A stretch of 64,000 nt of DNA from Verrucomicrobiales bacterium (lineage in GTDB: Bacteria; Verrucomicrobiota; Verrucomicrobiia; Verrucomicrobiales; DEV007), in assembly GCA_965216705.1 (NCBI GenBank), contig OZ244203.1:525845-589844 (forward strand), given 5' to 3'. The position numbers were made by a program, and so were the translations under genes. The notes under the pieces are model-generated. The model made no database searches and was not told the DNA's origin. It saw only the letters and a program-made list of their open reading frames with translations. This document shows, piece by piece, positions 9,190 through 19,717 of the stretch; position 1 is the stretch's first letter, and the number at the start of each line of letters is the position of its first letter.

Positions 9190-10638
9190 TTACTCCTCTT
9201 TCGGAGGAAGCACCTCAATATCCGTCATGGCTTCAATCGGCTTTCCATTCACCGCCAGGCCGTTGTGGTTGTTTGCGTTCAGCGTCACATGAATGTGATG
9301 CGCACCAACCGGGAGGTTGGGAATGTGATACCACCTGTCGTAAAGGCGGGCGACTTTCTCACCGTCGATCATGAGGTGTCCATGACCTTCTCCATCTTTC
9401 GGTTCGAAACCCGCTGCGGCCGGGTTGAAAGTGAAGTTCTCAGTGATCAGTTCCAGGTTCCAGCCGCTGACAGGATCCTTGTGCAGAGCGATCGCAAGGC
9501 GCGGCGCCTCGGAGGGATTCTCCACCTCGATCAACACATCGTGCATATCGTGCGTTCCTTTTGCTTCCGACTTGTCCGCCATCGCATAGACCACTGATGA
9601 GCCGTAGACATACGGAATCATCAAGGTCGCCAGGAGCACCACAAAGGCGACCGCTGTAACCGGCAGGCGCAGGTTCACATTCTTGATCCAGTGAAGTGGC
9701 GGCGTCGCCTTTCCGGGACCGGCAAACAGGAAAACGATGAGCACGGTATGGATCAGGGTGTGGCCAACCACCTCTTCCTTGCCGAAGACCAGGGTCGTTA
9801 GGACAAACACCAGCGTGATAATGAGTGCCAGCAAGCGCTCCTGCAGGCAGACAAGGATCATGAACCCGAGGCTGATCTCAATCAGTGCTGCTGCCGTGAC
9901 GAAAAAATCGTGCTCCACTCCGAGCGCGAGCACCGGATGCTGCTCCAGCAAGACACGGCTCCATGACGGATAAACCAACTTCTCCAATCCCAGCCAGATC
10001 AAACAGAAGCCGAGAGTCGCATAAAGCGCTGGAAGTGCCGTGATCTGGATCTTCGAATTCTTTGATTCATAGGCAATGAAGAACCAACCTACACCCGCGA
10101 TGAGCATGTAGTCGAGCATGTGAAAAAAGCCGAACATCGAAATGGCAACAAGGTAGAGCACGATCATCGAAGCCCCGGCCAGCTTGATCGTTTTTCGAAA
10201 AACCAGCAGCAAAGCCACCAGCAGTTCGGCCCAGATCACCCAGGCAGTATTCGTCGCCAACTCCGGAGCAAACACCTTTCCCGCCTGCCAGCACCACACC
10301 AGCGTCACGCCCACACCAATCCGCATCACGTACATCACATGCTCGCTGCGCGATGCGAACCAGTTGTCGATTCGTGACACCCACGGAATGCTGATGATTT
10401 TCTCTTCCAGCAAAGTCAGAACAACAATGACGACGATGGAGAGCCCGAGCAGAATAAAGAAGTTCGTCGAGAGCACGTCACCCAGCCCAAGCGGCTTGTC
10501 CGCGTAGGAGAACTCACTGAACCACTTCACGTGAGCACTGGCCGTAGAAGGCACGAACAGAAAACAGGCGAGGAGCGTGGATGACAACGAAGAGAGCCAC
10601 CTGCTCTTCGACGACAGGGATTTGGGGGTATCGCTCAT
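9190..10638 (-). CDS. DoxX-like multi-TM membrane protein with His-rich C-terminal soluble domain
   Basis: Signal ending ASA-HVKWF; about 9-10 TM helices; EISLG and GHTLIH motifs; C-terminal HDMHD, GEGHGH, HHIHVTLNANNH. Confidence 0.7.
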   Translation of the reverse strand: MSDTPKSLSSKSRWLSSLSSTLLACFLFVPSTASAHVKWFSEFSYADKPLGLGDVLSTNFFILLGLSIVVIVVLTLLEEKIISIPWVSRIDNWFASRSEHVMYVMRIGVGVTLVWCWQAGKVFAPELATNTAWVIWAELLVALLLVFRKTIKLAGASMIVLYLVAISMFGFFHMLDYMLIAGVGWFFIAYESKNSKIQITALPALYATLGFCLIWLGLEKLVYPSWSRVLLEQHPVLALGVEHDFFVTAAALIEISLGFMILVCLQERLLALIITLVFVLTTLVFGKEEVVGHTLIHTVLIVFLFAGPGKATPPLHWIKNVNLRLPVTAVAFVVLLATLMIPYVYGSSVVYAMADKSEAKGTHDMHDVLIEVENPSEAPRLAIALHKDPVSGWNLELITENFTFNPAAAGFEPKDGEGHGHLMIDGEKVARLYDRWYHIPNLPVGAHHIHVTLNANNHNGLAVNGKPIEAMTDIEVLPPKEE

Positions 10639-10693
10639 AGACGGGGGTGAGACTGTTTTTCAGGCCGACGTCACCGGCCACGGGTTCCGATGC

Positions 10694-10705
10694 CATGATA
10701 TCATG
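10694..10705. promoter_or_regulatory. Perfect 12-bp palindrome CATGATATCATG, candidate operator
   Basis: Lies in the divergent intergenic region, 56 bp upstream of the 10638 start. Confidence 0.3.
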
Positions 10706-10842
10706 ACACCTAGGGTTTTAAAGAGTTACTACGCCAAGTCGATACCCCCAGATACCCACCTCCCGCGAATTTCCCTTCCCGCCCCGCAGACAACTCCGAA
10801 GACGGTATTGACCGATCCGTCACACCCCATAACAATCATCCC

Positions 10843-12345
10843 ATGAGACGGATTCTGCTGAGCCACCTTCTTTCAGGAATCCTCTGGTTGTCTGCCGCAG
10901 TCACCCCGAATCTCAAGGCCGAATCCGAACCTTTCAATTTCCTTATTGTCCTCGCCGACGACCTCGGCTACGGCGATCTAGGATGCTACGGCAACGAAAC
11001 GGTGAAGACTCCGCATCTCGACGAATTCGCGACCGGCGCTCTCAAATTCACTGACTGCTATTCCGCTGCCGCGAACTGCTCTCCGTCCCGCGCAGGCCTG
11101 CTGACCGGGCGCACTCCATGGCGTGTTGGAATTCACAACTGGATCCCCATGCTTTCACCCATGCACCTGAGGGAGAGTGAAATCACCATCGCCACGCTGC
11201 TGCGCGAGGCAGGCTACAACACCAGCCTGGTTGGCAAATGGCATCTCAACGGCATGTTCAATCTTCCCGGGCAACCGCAGCCTGACGACCATGGTTTCGA
11301 ACACTGGTTTGCGGTCCAGAACAATGCCCTGCCAAACCACAAAAACCCCTACAACTTTGTGCGCAATGACATTCCTCTCGGCCCACTCGAAGGATACTCC
11401 GCCGACATTGTCACTGACGAAGCGATCCGCTGGCTCAAGGAAGAGCGCGACCCGGCCAGGCCGTTCTTTCAATTTGTGTGCTATCACGAGCCTCACGAAC
11501 CCATCGCAACGGCGGAGCGCCACACCAAACTCTACCAGGATCTCGAAGATCCCGCCGAACGCGCCCTGCTGGGAAATATCACTCAACTCGATGAGGGCTT
11601 CGGCCGGCTCATGGCCGCCATCAATGAGCTGAACCTCGAGGAGAACACGATCATCTTCTTCACGAGCGACAACGGTCCGGCCCTGACTCGGCATCATCCC
11701 TATGGCTCCGCCGGACCGTTTCGCGCCAAGAAAGGCTACCTGTGGGACGGAGGCATTCGCGTCCCCGGGCTGCTTCGCTGGCCGGGCGTGACTCAACCGG
11801 GCACCGAGAGCGAAGAACCGGTCATCGGCACTGACATTCTTCCCACCTTCTGTGAAATTGCTGGCATTGATCCGCCTTCTGACCGCGCCATCGACGGCTC
11901 AAGCTGGGTCGATTTCCTGAAAGAGAACGATCCGCGAGCCACCATCGAACGCGGGACCCCGCTCTACTGGCACTTCCTCCGCTCAAAGGGATCCGTCAAG
12001 GTTGCCATCCGGGACGGCGACTGGAAGCTCGTTGCCCGTATCGACCGGCCTGACATGGATCAAAGCGCCGGCATCACCGAGCAGGATCACGAATACCAGG
12101 CCCGTGCCCAGCTCACGGACTTCTCACTCTACCGCATTTACGACGACAAAGGAGAAAGCAACGACCTCAAGGACGAGGAGGCCGAACGCTTCAATGCCAT
12201 GAGACACCTCCTGATCGAGATGCATGATGAAGTCCGTGAGGAGAGTCCGGTCTGGCCGCTCTGGGAATTTCCCCGCTACGAGGGACACCGCATCGAGTGG
12301 CCGAGTTACAAGGCGCTGCGTCCACCTCCGACCTATGACCCCTAG
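10843..12345 (+). CDS. Sulfatase (Cys-type, family S1), secreted
   Basis: LADDLGYGDLG, CSPSRAGLLTGR, GKWHL, SDNG motifs; signal peptide. Confidence 0.93.
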   Translation: MRRILLSHLLSGILWLSAAVTPNLKAESEPFNFLIVLADDLGYGDLGCYGNETVKTPHLDEFATGALKFTDCYSAAANCSPSRAGLLTGRTPWRVGIHNWIPMLSPMHLRESEITIATLLREAGYNTSLVGKWHLNGMFNLPGQPQPDDHGFEHWFAVQNNALPNHKNPYNFVRNDIPLGPLEGYSADIVTDEAIRWLKEERDPARPFFQFVCYHEPHEPIATAERHTKLYQDLEDPAERALLGNITQLDEGFGRLMAAINELNLEENTIIFFTSDNGPALTRHHPYGSAGPFRAKKGYLWDGGIRVPGLLRWPGVTQPGTESEEPVIGTDILPTFCEIAGIDPPSDRAIDGSSWVDFLKENDPRATIERGTPLYWHFLRSKGSVKVAIRDGDWKLVARIDRPDMDQSAGITEQDHEYQARAQLTDFSLYRIYDDKGESNDLKDEEAERFNAMRHLLIEMHDEVREESPVWPLWEFPRYEGHRIEWPSYKALRPPPTYDP

Positions 12346-14732
12346 GGCTCCGGCCAGTCCAGGTGCCGGTGGAGAAAGCGAAAAGTCCCCTCCCCGTTAA
12401 TCGCGTGGGGCCCGACGAACCATTCAATTTCGCAACGATCTCCGATTCCGAGTTTCGCCTGGTAGAGATGCCGCACTTTCGCGAACTCGTAGGCAACACG
12501 TTCGTCAGAGCCCACACCGTCGAAGTGCCCCCGCTCCACCATGAAAGGCCGCGGACAGATCAGCGTCGCCATTTCGGCGTAGTTGAAGGTTCCACCGAGA
12601 TTCCATTCAAACATCTCGTATTCAAGCGTGTCGGTGTAGCTGTATCGCAGGGCCCTCTCATCCGTCGCCGCGTTCTTCCAGACCCAGTCGTTGAAATCAG
12701 CGGAGCAGATCGACAGGCAATAGTTCTCCACCAGCGGTGGAATACGCATGGCTGACTTTCCACCGTAGCTCAATCCGTAGAAAGCAATGCGTTCAGAATC
12801 GACAAAGGGCAAGCCACCCAACCAGTCAGTGATCTGCTGATGCTGAGGCACAATGATCGAAAACAAGGTTTTCCCGATGGACTGGGCCTTGGCCTGCTGC
12901 AGTCGGAACAAGTCGAAATACTTGTAGCCGTTTTGAGGCGCAAAGGTGATGAAACCACGCTCCGCCAACCGGGTAGCCAGCGCCCGGTAGGCCTTAAACT
13001 TTTCTTCACCCAGCATGACCTGCGGGGTTCCTTCCAGACCATGCTGACAGACCACCACCGGTCGCTTTTCTCCGGACGAAAGATCGAGGTCTTTTGGCAG
13101 TGTGAGAACCCCGTAGGCGTAAACCTCATCAAACACGTCGAGGACGACTTCGTAGCTGATCGTCTTTTCGGACTCCTGGTAGGGCCTGGATCTTGGGTTC
13201 GGAGGAGCCAGAGGCAGTTCAAAATCCCCAATCACCCTCGTCCGAAAAAATTCACGATAAGGTTCTATCGTTGCATCAAAGCTCTCCAGCGAGTCCAGCT
13301 TGAGCCCGGCAAAGAAATCGGCCCGGTCAACTTCCCCTTCGGTGATTAATACCTGGTTCCTCGCTTCGACCTCGGCAATTTCTTTTGCCCTCGCGTATTC
13401 ACTCCCCGGTCCGGTCTCATTCCTCGGCCGGATGGTATCGATCCCGAAACCATACCAGTGCTCCTTCGGAACTTCGATTCCGAGATCGCCGAGAAATGAT
13501 TTCAAGGCAGGCTCCGAGTAAGGCGATCCTCCGGATTGAACAAATCGAGCACGCAGCGCCAACTCATCCCCGACCATGGCGCGCAATTTCCTCCACTCTG
13601 CCTTTGCCTCCTCAACCGAAGGCATGGACGATCGTCCCGGCTTTCCTTTCGGCACCTGGATGCGTTCAGTGAGAATCTCGAGCTCCCGGCTCCCCTCATG
13701 GGTTCGATAACGAAAATCGGGACCGGCTACCGCTTCGATCAGCAATCGTCGCGGAACAACAAGGCTACCCACCTCGGCATCACCGAACTCTGACACAAAT
13801 CCAAACAACTGGTGGTCCGCCGATTCTTTCCACAGTTCTTCCCTCGGCCCAAAATACCCGCTCACGAAGGCCGCATCGATCCGCATTGATTCCTCCGCCA
13901 GAGCCGCAGAGAACAAAGCGAGCTGACCACCATCGCCCCAGCCTGCCACCCCGAGCGGAAGATTGGGGCGCTGAGCCCGCCGCCCCTCAATCAGCGACAA
14001 GATCTTGTGGAGTTCGTATCCCGGCACCGTTCGCCCAAGCTCAAAGGAAGCCCGGTGCAGCCAGTCGCGTTCGGTGATGGTGTGTCTTTTGATCTCGCGG
14101 GACAAGCGAGTCGGGACAAAAACCCGGCATCCCGCACGGGCGAGAACCTGGGCAACCGGAGGCATCGAGCCGGCATTGACGACCAGGTCATACACGTCCT
14201 GGCTCGTATCCGGGATTACCACCACTTCAGCGACAGCCTTTCCGGCAGGTTCCACCACGAGGCCTCTGCCCCGAATCCCCCCGAAAACTTCCCACGTGAT
14301 CTCGCGCACCTCGATCTGTGATTCCTCCGGTCCGATGGAAAGCGCCGGACCCGGTGTCGTTCCATGATACCTCACCACTGAACCATCAGGGTCATAGCGG
14401 GGCCCTTCCTGCCAATCGCGATCGAGCCCCAATATTTGAGCCAGTCTCGCTCGATTCTTTGCTACAGATTGGGTCCAGGCACCCGCCGACTCCGTGTCGC
14501 GCTTCCAGACGGCGTCCCGCTCCTCCGCCGCCTTGAGAATTTGTCGATCCAGGAAGCGGTCATTCGCTTTGACCAGCTCAAAACTCAGGTCCTCGTCTGT
14601 ATTAAGAACGGCAGTGCCGGGCAGAGGATCTGTTGTCTTCGCTGGATCCAAGGCAGGCCACGCAGGCGTCTCTTCCTGACCGGTCAGGGTCAGCGAGCAA
14701 ATAACAAGACAAAGGAGAGCGAGTCGCTGCAT
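12342..14732 (-). CDS. Secreted tandem alpha/beta-hydrolase (dienelactone hydrolase-like) protein
   Basis: Signal MQRLALLCLVICSLTLTG; first elbow GWGDGG; second YGLSYGG with VCQHGL and C-terminal GPHAING His. Confidence 0.7.
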   Translation of the reverse strand: MQRLALLCLVICSLTLTGQEETPAWPALDPAKTTDPLPGTAVLNTDEDLSFELVKANDRFLDRQILKAAEERDAVWKRDTESAGAWTQSVAKNRARLAQILGLDRDWQEGPRYDPDGSVVRYHGTTPGPALSIGPEESQIEVREITWEVFGGIRGRGLVVEPAGKAVAEVVVIPDTSQDVYDLVVNAGSMPPVAQVLARAGCRVFVPTRLSREIKRHTITERDWLHRASFELGRTVPGYELHKILSLIEGRRAQRPNLPLGVAGWGDGGQLALFSAALAEESMRIDAAFVSGYFGPREELWKESADHQLFGFVSEFGDAEVGSLVVPRRLLIEAVAGPDFRYRTHEGSRELEILTERIQVPKGKPGRSSMPSVEEAKAEWRKLRAMVGDELALRARFVQSGGSPYSEPALKSFLGDLGIEVPKEHWYGFGIDTIRPRNETGPGSEYARAKEIAEVEARNQVLITEGEVDRADFFAGLKLDSLESFDATIEPYREFFRTRVIGDFELPLAPPNPRSRPYQESEKTISYEVVLDVFDEVYAYGVLTLPKDLDLSSGEKRPVVVCQHGLEGTPQVMLGEEKFKAYRALATRLAERGFITFAPQNGYKYFDLFRLQQAKAQSIGKTLFSIIVPQHQQITDWLGGLPFVDSERIAFYGLSYGGKSAMRIPPLVENYCLSICSADFNDWVWKNAATDERALRYSYTDTLEYEMFEWNLGGTFNYAEMATLICPRPFMVERGHFDGVGSDERVAYEFAKVRHLYQAKLGIGDRCEIEWFVGPHAINGEGTFRFLHRHLDWPEP

Positions 14733-14784
14733 GTCTCTATTGCAGCAACACAATCTGCCGTCGAAAAGACGAATCCTGCCGGAT

Positions 14785-16134
14785 TCACTTAGTCTTCTTC
14801 TGCGGAACTTCTTCCTTTGGCAACCACTCTGCCATCTTCGCCTTCACCGCAGCATATTCGGGATTCGAAGCCAGGTTCGTCCATTCGTAGGGATCTTCGG
14901 CGTTGTGATAGAGTTCTTCGCTGCCGTCGGCATAGCGAATGTAGCGATGGGTTTCTGTTCGCACGGCATGGTTTCCGCGACCATGAGTCGTGATGGCCGG
15001 GAGATTCCATTTCGCTCCGGGGTCCTTCAACAGCGGCACGATGCTGGTTCCTTCAACGTGCGAAGGAATCTCAATCCCTGCCAATTCACAAAGGGTGGGA
15101 TAGATACTCATCAAGTCCACCGGGCGAGCGGACTTACTTCCCGCTTCAGTCATGCCGGGCACGACCCAGATCAAAGGGGTCCGGGTCGTTTCTTCCCAGA
15201 GAGCAAACTTGCGCCAGTGCTGCTTTTCTCCCAGAGACCACCCGTGATCGGTCCACAGAACGATGATGGTGTTGTCCTTGTGAGGCCCATTCTCCAGCGC
15301 ATCGAGCACGCGGCCGACGTTCATATCGGTGTAGGCACAGGTCGCGAGGTAGGATTGAATCGCCGCCTTCCAGCGCCCGCTCTTGAGAAACTTAGCGTGA
15401 TCTTTGTCCGGCCCCGCCATTTTTACACCGGCATCGGGAATGTCATCGAGATCATCCTCACGGTGAGGCGGCAACTCGATCTCTTCGAGCGGAAAGTCTT
15501 CGTAATATTTTCGCGGAGCGACAAAGGCGAGATGGGGCTTGTAGAGGCCACAGGCGAGAAAGAACGGTGCGTCGCTGTCTTTCTCCAATCGCTCGATGCA
15601 ATAATCCGCCGAGTGCCAGTCGACGATGTCTTCATCTTTCAGGTCAGGAAACGTTTTCTCGACGTGGTAGCCGTCATACTTGTCGACTCCGGGGCCGTTG
15701 CTGCGCATGCCCTTGTTGTCCATATACTCGCTCCACTCTTCCGGATAGGCCGCCATGCTGTGGTAGATCTTTCCGGCGCCAGCCACGTAATATCCGGCCT
15801 TTAAAAACTGAGCGCTCAAGCCTTCACCGGGCGCCTGGTGCTCCTTCCACTTATGACCGTTGTAATAACAGCCACTCGTCCACGGACGACGACCACCCAT
15901 CAGGGCGCACCGTGAGGGCTCGCAAGCCGGGACAGCGGTGTGAGCATTGGTAAACGCGACTCCCATCTCGGCCAGGCGGTCGATATTCGGCGTTTTCGCC
16001 TGGGCATTGCGTCCCAAATGCCCCACCCAGTGATTCAGATCGTCAATCGCGATGAAAAGAACATTGGGACGGTCTTCAGCCTTGGCAGAGCCAGCCAGAA
16101 GGACCAGGAGAAGCAGGGTGAGAAGTCGGTTCAT
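14785..16134 (-). CDS. Sulfatase (iduronate-2-sulfatase/choline-sulfatase-like)
   Basis: IAIDDLN, CEPSRCALMGGR, GKIYH, KPHLAF, TDHGWSLGEKQHWRKFALWE motifs. Confidence 0.93.
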   Translation of the reverse strand: MNRLLTLLLLVLLAGSAKAEDRPNVLFIAIDDLNHWVGHLGRNAQAKTPNIDRLAEMGVAFTNAHTAVPACEPSRCALMGGRRPWTSGCYYNGHKWKEHQAPGEGLSAQFLKAGYYVAGAGKIYHSMAAYPEEWSEYMDNKGMRSNGPGVDKYDGYHVEKTFPDLKDEDIVDWHSADYCIERLEKDSDAPFFLACGLYKPHLAFVAPRKYYEDFPLEEIELPPHREDDLDDIPDAGVKMAGPDKDHAKFLKSGRWKAAIQSYLATCAYTDMNVGRVLDALENGPHKDNTIIVLWTDHGWSLGEKQHWRKFALWEETTRTPLIWVVPGMTEAGSKSARPVDLMSIYPTLCELAGIEIPSHVEGTSIVPLLKDPGAKWNLPAITTHGRGNHAVRTETHRYIRYADGSEELYHNAEDPYEWTNLASNPEYAAVKAKMAEWLPKEEVPQKKTK

Positions 16135-16278
16135 ACGCAGTCACTTACCGAGTTTCGCCGGTACCGTCAATGCACTCGGATGACATGATCACGACCGCCA
16201 CAGCGGGGAGGCGGATTCTTCATGCTCAAGAGGGTTACCTCACTGACCCAACCCTGTTGAATCGGCTTATCCGGAAGG

Positions 16279-16295
16279 TTGGCACGCCCCCTGCT
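16279..16295 (+). promoter_or_regulatory. Sigma54 (-24/-12) promoter
   Basis: TTGGCACGCCCCCTGCT: GG-N10-GC with an intact TGGCACG block, 26 bp before ATG 16322. Confidence 0.8.
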
Positions 16296-16321
16296 ATAAG
16301 GACGGCGTATCCCCGTCAAAA

Positions 16322-17758
16322 ATGTTTCAACACTACCAGAAAGAGGATTTCTTCGATGAAATGTTCGCCGAATCCAATGGTTCGGTGTTCGGTCATTACC
16401 AGAATCTGCAGACTCGCTTCGAGACCCTTTCCATCGAAGAGCTCGAAAGGAAGCAGCGCCGTGTCGACCATGGATTCCTTGAGCAAGGCATCACCTTCAC
16501 TGTCTACGGAGACGACGAGGGCACCGAGCGCATTTTCCCTTTCGACCTGATCCCCAGGATCATTCCCGATTCCGAATGGCAGTTGCTGGAACGGGGACTG
16601 ACTCAACGCATACTCGCGCTCAATCTCTTCCTGCACGACATCTACCACGAAGAGAAGATCATCAAAGACGGCATCATTCCAGAGGATGTCGTCAAAACGG
16701 CCGTCCACTACCGCCCTGAAATGGTCGGCGTCGATGTGGCGAAGGACATCTACGTTCACATCTGTGGCTCCGATCTAATTCGAGATGGCGATGGCAAGTA
16801 TCTCGTCCTCGAAGACAACGGGCGCTGCCCCTCGGGCGTCTCCTACCTGCTGGAAAATCGGGAAGCGATGAAACGCGCGTTCCCGACTCTTTACCGGAAC
16901 AGCGCCGTGCGCCCGGTGGATCAGTATCCCGAACTGCTGCTCAAGACGCTTCAGCACCTTTCCCCCCGCCCGGGCCAGTCGCCCGTCTGCGTGCTACTCA
17001 CACCCGGTGTCTACAACAGCGCCTATTTCGAACACACCTTCCTCGCCCATAAGATGGGGATCGAGATCGTGGAAGGCCGCGACCTTATCACGGTCGATGG
17101 ATTCGTTTACATGCGCACCACCAAGGGACTGGTCCAGGTCGATGTGATCTACCGACGACTCGACGATGACTTTCTCGATCCCACTGTTTTTCGGGAGGAC
17201 TCTGTCCTCGGTGTTCCGGGACTCATGGACTGCTACCTTCGCGGCAACGTGGCCCTCGCCAATGCCGTTGGAACAGGCGTCGCGGACGACAAGGTGACCT
17301 ACGCCTACGTTCCTGACATGATTCGTTACTATCTCGACCAGGACCCCATCCTTGAGAATGTCCCCACCTACCTTGCCTGGCGCGAGGAGGACATGAAGTT
17401 CATGCTCGAGAATCTTGAATCGCTCGTCATCAAGGCCGCCAACGAATCCGGCGGTTACGGCATGCTGATGGGCCCGACTTCCACAAAGAAGGAGCGCGAA
17501 GAATTTGCCGAGAAAATCAAGGAGTGCCCGAGAAACTTCATCGGCCAGCCCGTGGTATCACTTTCCCGCCATCCCACCATCTGCGACGAACACCAGATCG
17601 AGGGACGCCATGTCGATCTGCGCCCGTTCATTCTCTACGGCGATGACATCGAAATCATTCCGGGAGGACTCACCCGTGTCGCGCTCAAGAAGGGTTCACT
17701 AGTGGTGAATTCATCTCAGGGCGGCGGCAGTAAAGACACGTGGGTCCTGAAAACCTGA
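16322..17758 (+). CDS. Circularly permuted ATP-grasp type 2 protein
   Basis: [85 protein letters not shown]. Confidence 0.95.
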   Translation: MFQHYQKEDFFDEMFAESNGSVFGHYQNLQTRFETLSIEELERKQRRVDHGFLEQGITFTVYGDDEGTERIFPFDLIPRIIPDSEWQLLERGLTQRILALNLFLHDIYHEEKIIKDGIIPEDVVKTAVHYRPEMVGVDVAKDIYVHICGSDLIRDGDGKYLVLEDNGRCPSGVSYLLENREAMKRAFPTLYRNSAVRPVDQYPELLLKTLQHLSPRPGQSPVCVLLTPGVYNSAYFEHTFLAHKMGIEIVEGRDLITVDGFVYMRTTKGLVQVDVIYRRLDDDFLDPTVFREDSVLGVPGLMDCYLRGNVALANAVGTGVADDKVTYAYVPDMIRYYLDQDPILENVPTYLAWREEDMKFMLENLESLVIKAANESGGYGMLMGPTSTKKEREEFAEKIKECPRNFIGQPVVSLSRHPTICDEHQIEGRHVDLRPFILYGDDIEIIPGGLTRVALKKGSLVVNSSQGGGSKDTWVLKT

Positions 17759-17768
17759 TCAAAACACC

Positions 17769-18758
17769 ATGCTTTCCCGAGTTGCTAACAGCTTATACTG
17801 GCTCAGTCGCTACGTGGAGCGGGCGGAAAACCTGACCCGCCTCGTTGATGTCGTTCACGATCGTGCCCTCGAAACAGGTCTCAGCAATAATGCCGAAGCC
17901 TGGCAGTCCGCTCTGTATGCGATCTGCTCGACCGAAACCTACGAAGAGGCCACGGGTATCGAAGGCGACGACCTCGATGTGGGACGTTTCATCACCTTTT
18001 CGTCCTCCAATCCTGACTCGATTCGACGTTGTTTTGCGCTCGCCCGCGAAAACGCACGCATGGTGCGCGACCAGATTTCGGAGGAAATGTGGCTGGAACT
18101 GAACAGCGCGCATCTTTTTATGAAGTCGGAGCAGGCCGAGACGCTCTGGTTGCAGGAGCCTGGCTCTCTCTACCGCGAAGTCGTTAAATTCTGCCTGCTC
18201 TTTGAAGGGCTCATTGAAGGCACCATCCTCCACGATGAAGGCTGGCACTTTATCCAGGTTGGCAAATTTCTCGAACGAGCTGACAAGACCAGCCGAATCC
18301 TCGACATGCTGACCTACGAGTCCGAAACCGACCGGGCCAAGCTCATCTCGGTTCTCAGGTCATGTTCGGGTCTCGCTGCTTTCCGCAGTGAATTTCGAGG
18401 CGATGTCACGCTGGAGAATGTTTTTGCTTTTCTCCTCTTCTCAAACTCATTCCCCCGTTCAGTCAGGTTCTGCCTGAGGCAGACGGACGAGCTTCTTCAC
18501 GCCATTTCCGGCATGCCGGGCGGGTCGTTCGCCAACGAAGCCGAGCGAGTCACCGGAAGTGTCCTCGCCCAGATGAACTTCTCCAACGTCGACAACGTGC
18601 TCAGTATCGGCCTGCATCAGTACATCGACGATCTTCAAACCCAGATTAACGAAATCGGTCAGCGGGTTTTTGAGACTTACGTACTCCTTCCTTCCGAGGT
18701 GCAGAACATTGCAGGACCGGAAAACTGGCGGTTGCAATGGCAGCAACAACAGCAATAA
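17769..18758 (+). CDS. Alpha-E domain protein (DUF403) with C-terminal polyQ
   Basis: MLSRVANSLYWLSRYVERAEN, ARENAR, FLERADKTSRILD (ER motifs), FPRSVRFCL; ends WQQQQQ*. Confidence 0.93.
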   Translation: MLSRVANSLYWLSRYVERAENLTRLVDVVHDRALETGLSNNAEAWQSALYAICSTETYEEATGIEGDDLDVGRFITFSSSNPDSIRRCFALARENARMVRDQISEEMWLELNSAHLFMKSEQAETLWLQEPGSLYREVVKFCLLFEGLIEGTILHDEGWHFIQVGKFLERADKTSRILDMLTYESETDRAKLISVLRSCSGLAAFRSEFRGDVTLENVFAFLLFSNSFPRSVRFCLRQTDELLHAISGMPGGSFANEAERVTGSVLAQMNFSNVDNVLSIGLHQYIDDLQTQINEIGQRVFETYVLLPSEVQNIAGPENWRLQWQQQQQ

Positions 18759-18786
18759 GTGCGAACTCTCACCCCAGGAATTGCTG

Positions 18787-19674
18787 ATGCGCCTTCGCGT
18801 ACACCACCGAACTGAATACATCTACACGGCACCTGTCATCGACAGCGTGAACGAGGTTCGCCTCTGCCCACCGGACAACAGCTTTCAAACCTGTGAGTCG
18901 AGTTTTATCTCAGTCCTTCCGGCAGGAAAGCTGACCCACTACATCGACCTCAATGGCAACAAGGTGAATCACTTTGAGATACCTGAGCCTCACAGCCGTC
19001 TCACGATTGAAAGTCGTGCCATCGTCACCACGCGCAACAAGGTCGACTTTGACAACCTACCCTTTGGTTTTCACCATGGCCACCTTGGTAAATGCCGCTC
19101 AATGGAAGAGTGCTATACCTATATTCAGAACAGCGCCTACGTCGAACGCACACCGGAGATCTGGAAAGAGGCGCTCGATATCCAGGGCTTCTCCGAAGAT
19201 GTCTTCCAGACAAGCTATTGCATCATGGAGTATATCTTTGAGAACTACGACTACCAGTCAGGTGCCACGACTGTTTCGACCCACGCTTCCGAAGTTATCA
19301 AAAACCAGCAAGGTGTTTGTCAGGATTTCGCTCACGCGATGGTTTCTTTCTGCCGCGCCATTGGCATCCCTGCCCGCTATGTGAGTGGTTACTTTTTTGA
19401 TGCCACCCGCGATAACAGCATGCGCGGCTCGGAAGCCTCCCATGCCTGGGTCGAGGTCTTCATCGACGGTGTCGGCTGGATTGGCCTGGACCCCACCAAC
19501 AACAAAGTAACCGATGAGACCTACATTATTTTGGCGAGGGGGCGGGACTACAGGGATGTTGCACCCGTCACCGGCGTCTACAATGGGATCGGCCGAAGCG
19601 GTATGCAGGTGCACGTGAGCGTCGAACGACTCCCGGACAGCGAGCAGATCGACGTCACCGTGCCGACGGAATAG
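18787..19674 (+). CDS. Transglutaminase family protein
   Basis: N-terminal H.T.Y.Y...V..S.NE.RLCP domain; catalytic triad GVCQDFAH / SHAW / LDPTN; GRDYRDVAPV. Confidence 0.93.
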   Translation: MRLRVHHRTEYIYTAPVIDSVNEVRLCPPDNSFQTCESSFISVLPAGKLTHYIDLNGNKVNHFEIPEPHSRLTIESRAIVTTRNKVDFDNLPFGFHHGHLGKCRSMEECYTYIQNSAYVERTPEIWKEALDIQGFSEDVFQTSYCIMEYIFENYDYQSGATTVSTHASEVIKNQQGVCQDFAHAMVSFCRAIGIPARYVSGYFFDATRDNSMRGSEASHAWVEVFIDGVGWIGLDPTNNKVTDETYIILARGRDYRDVAPVTGVYNGIGRSGMQVHVSVERLPDSEQIDVTVPTE

Positions 19675-19717
19675 AATTCCTGTTTACGTCGAAGGAACGT
19701 CTTCGAAGCCTTACCGC

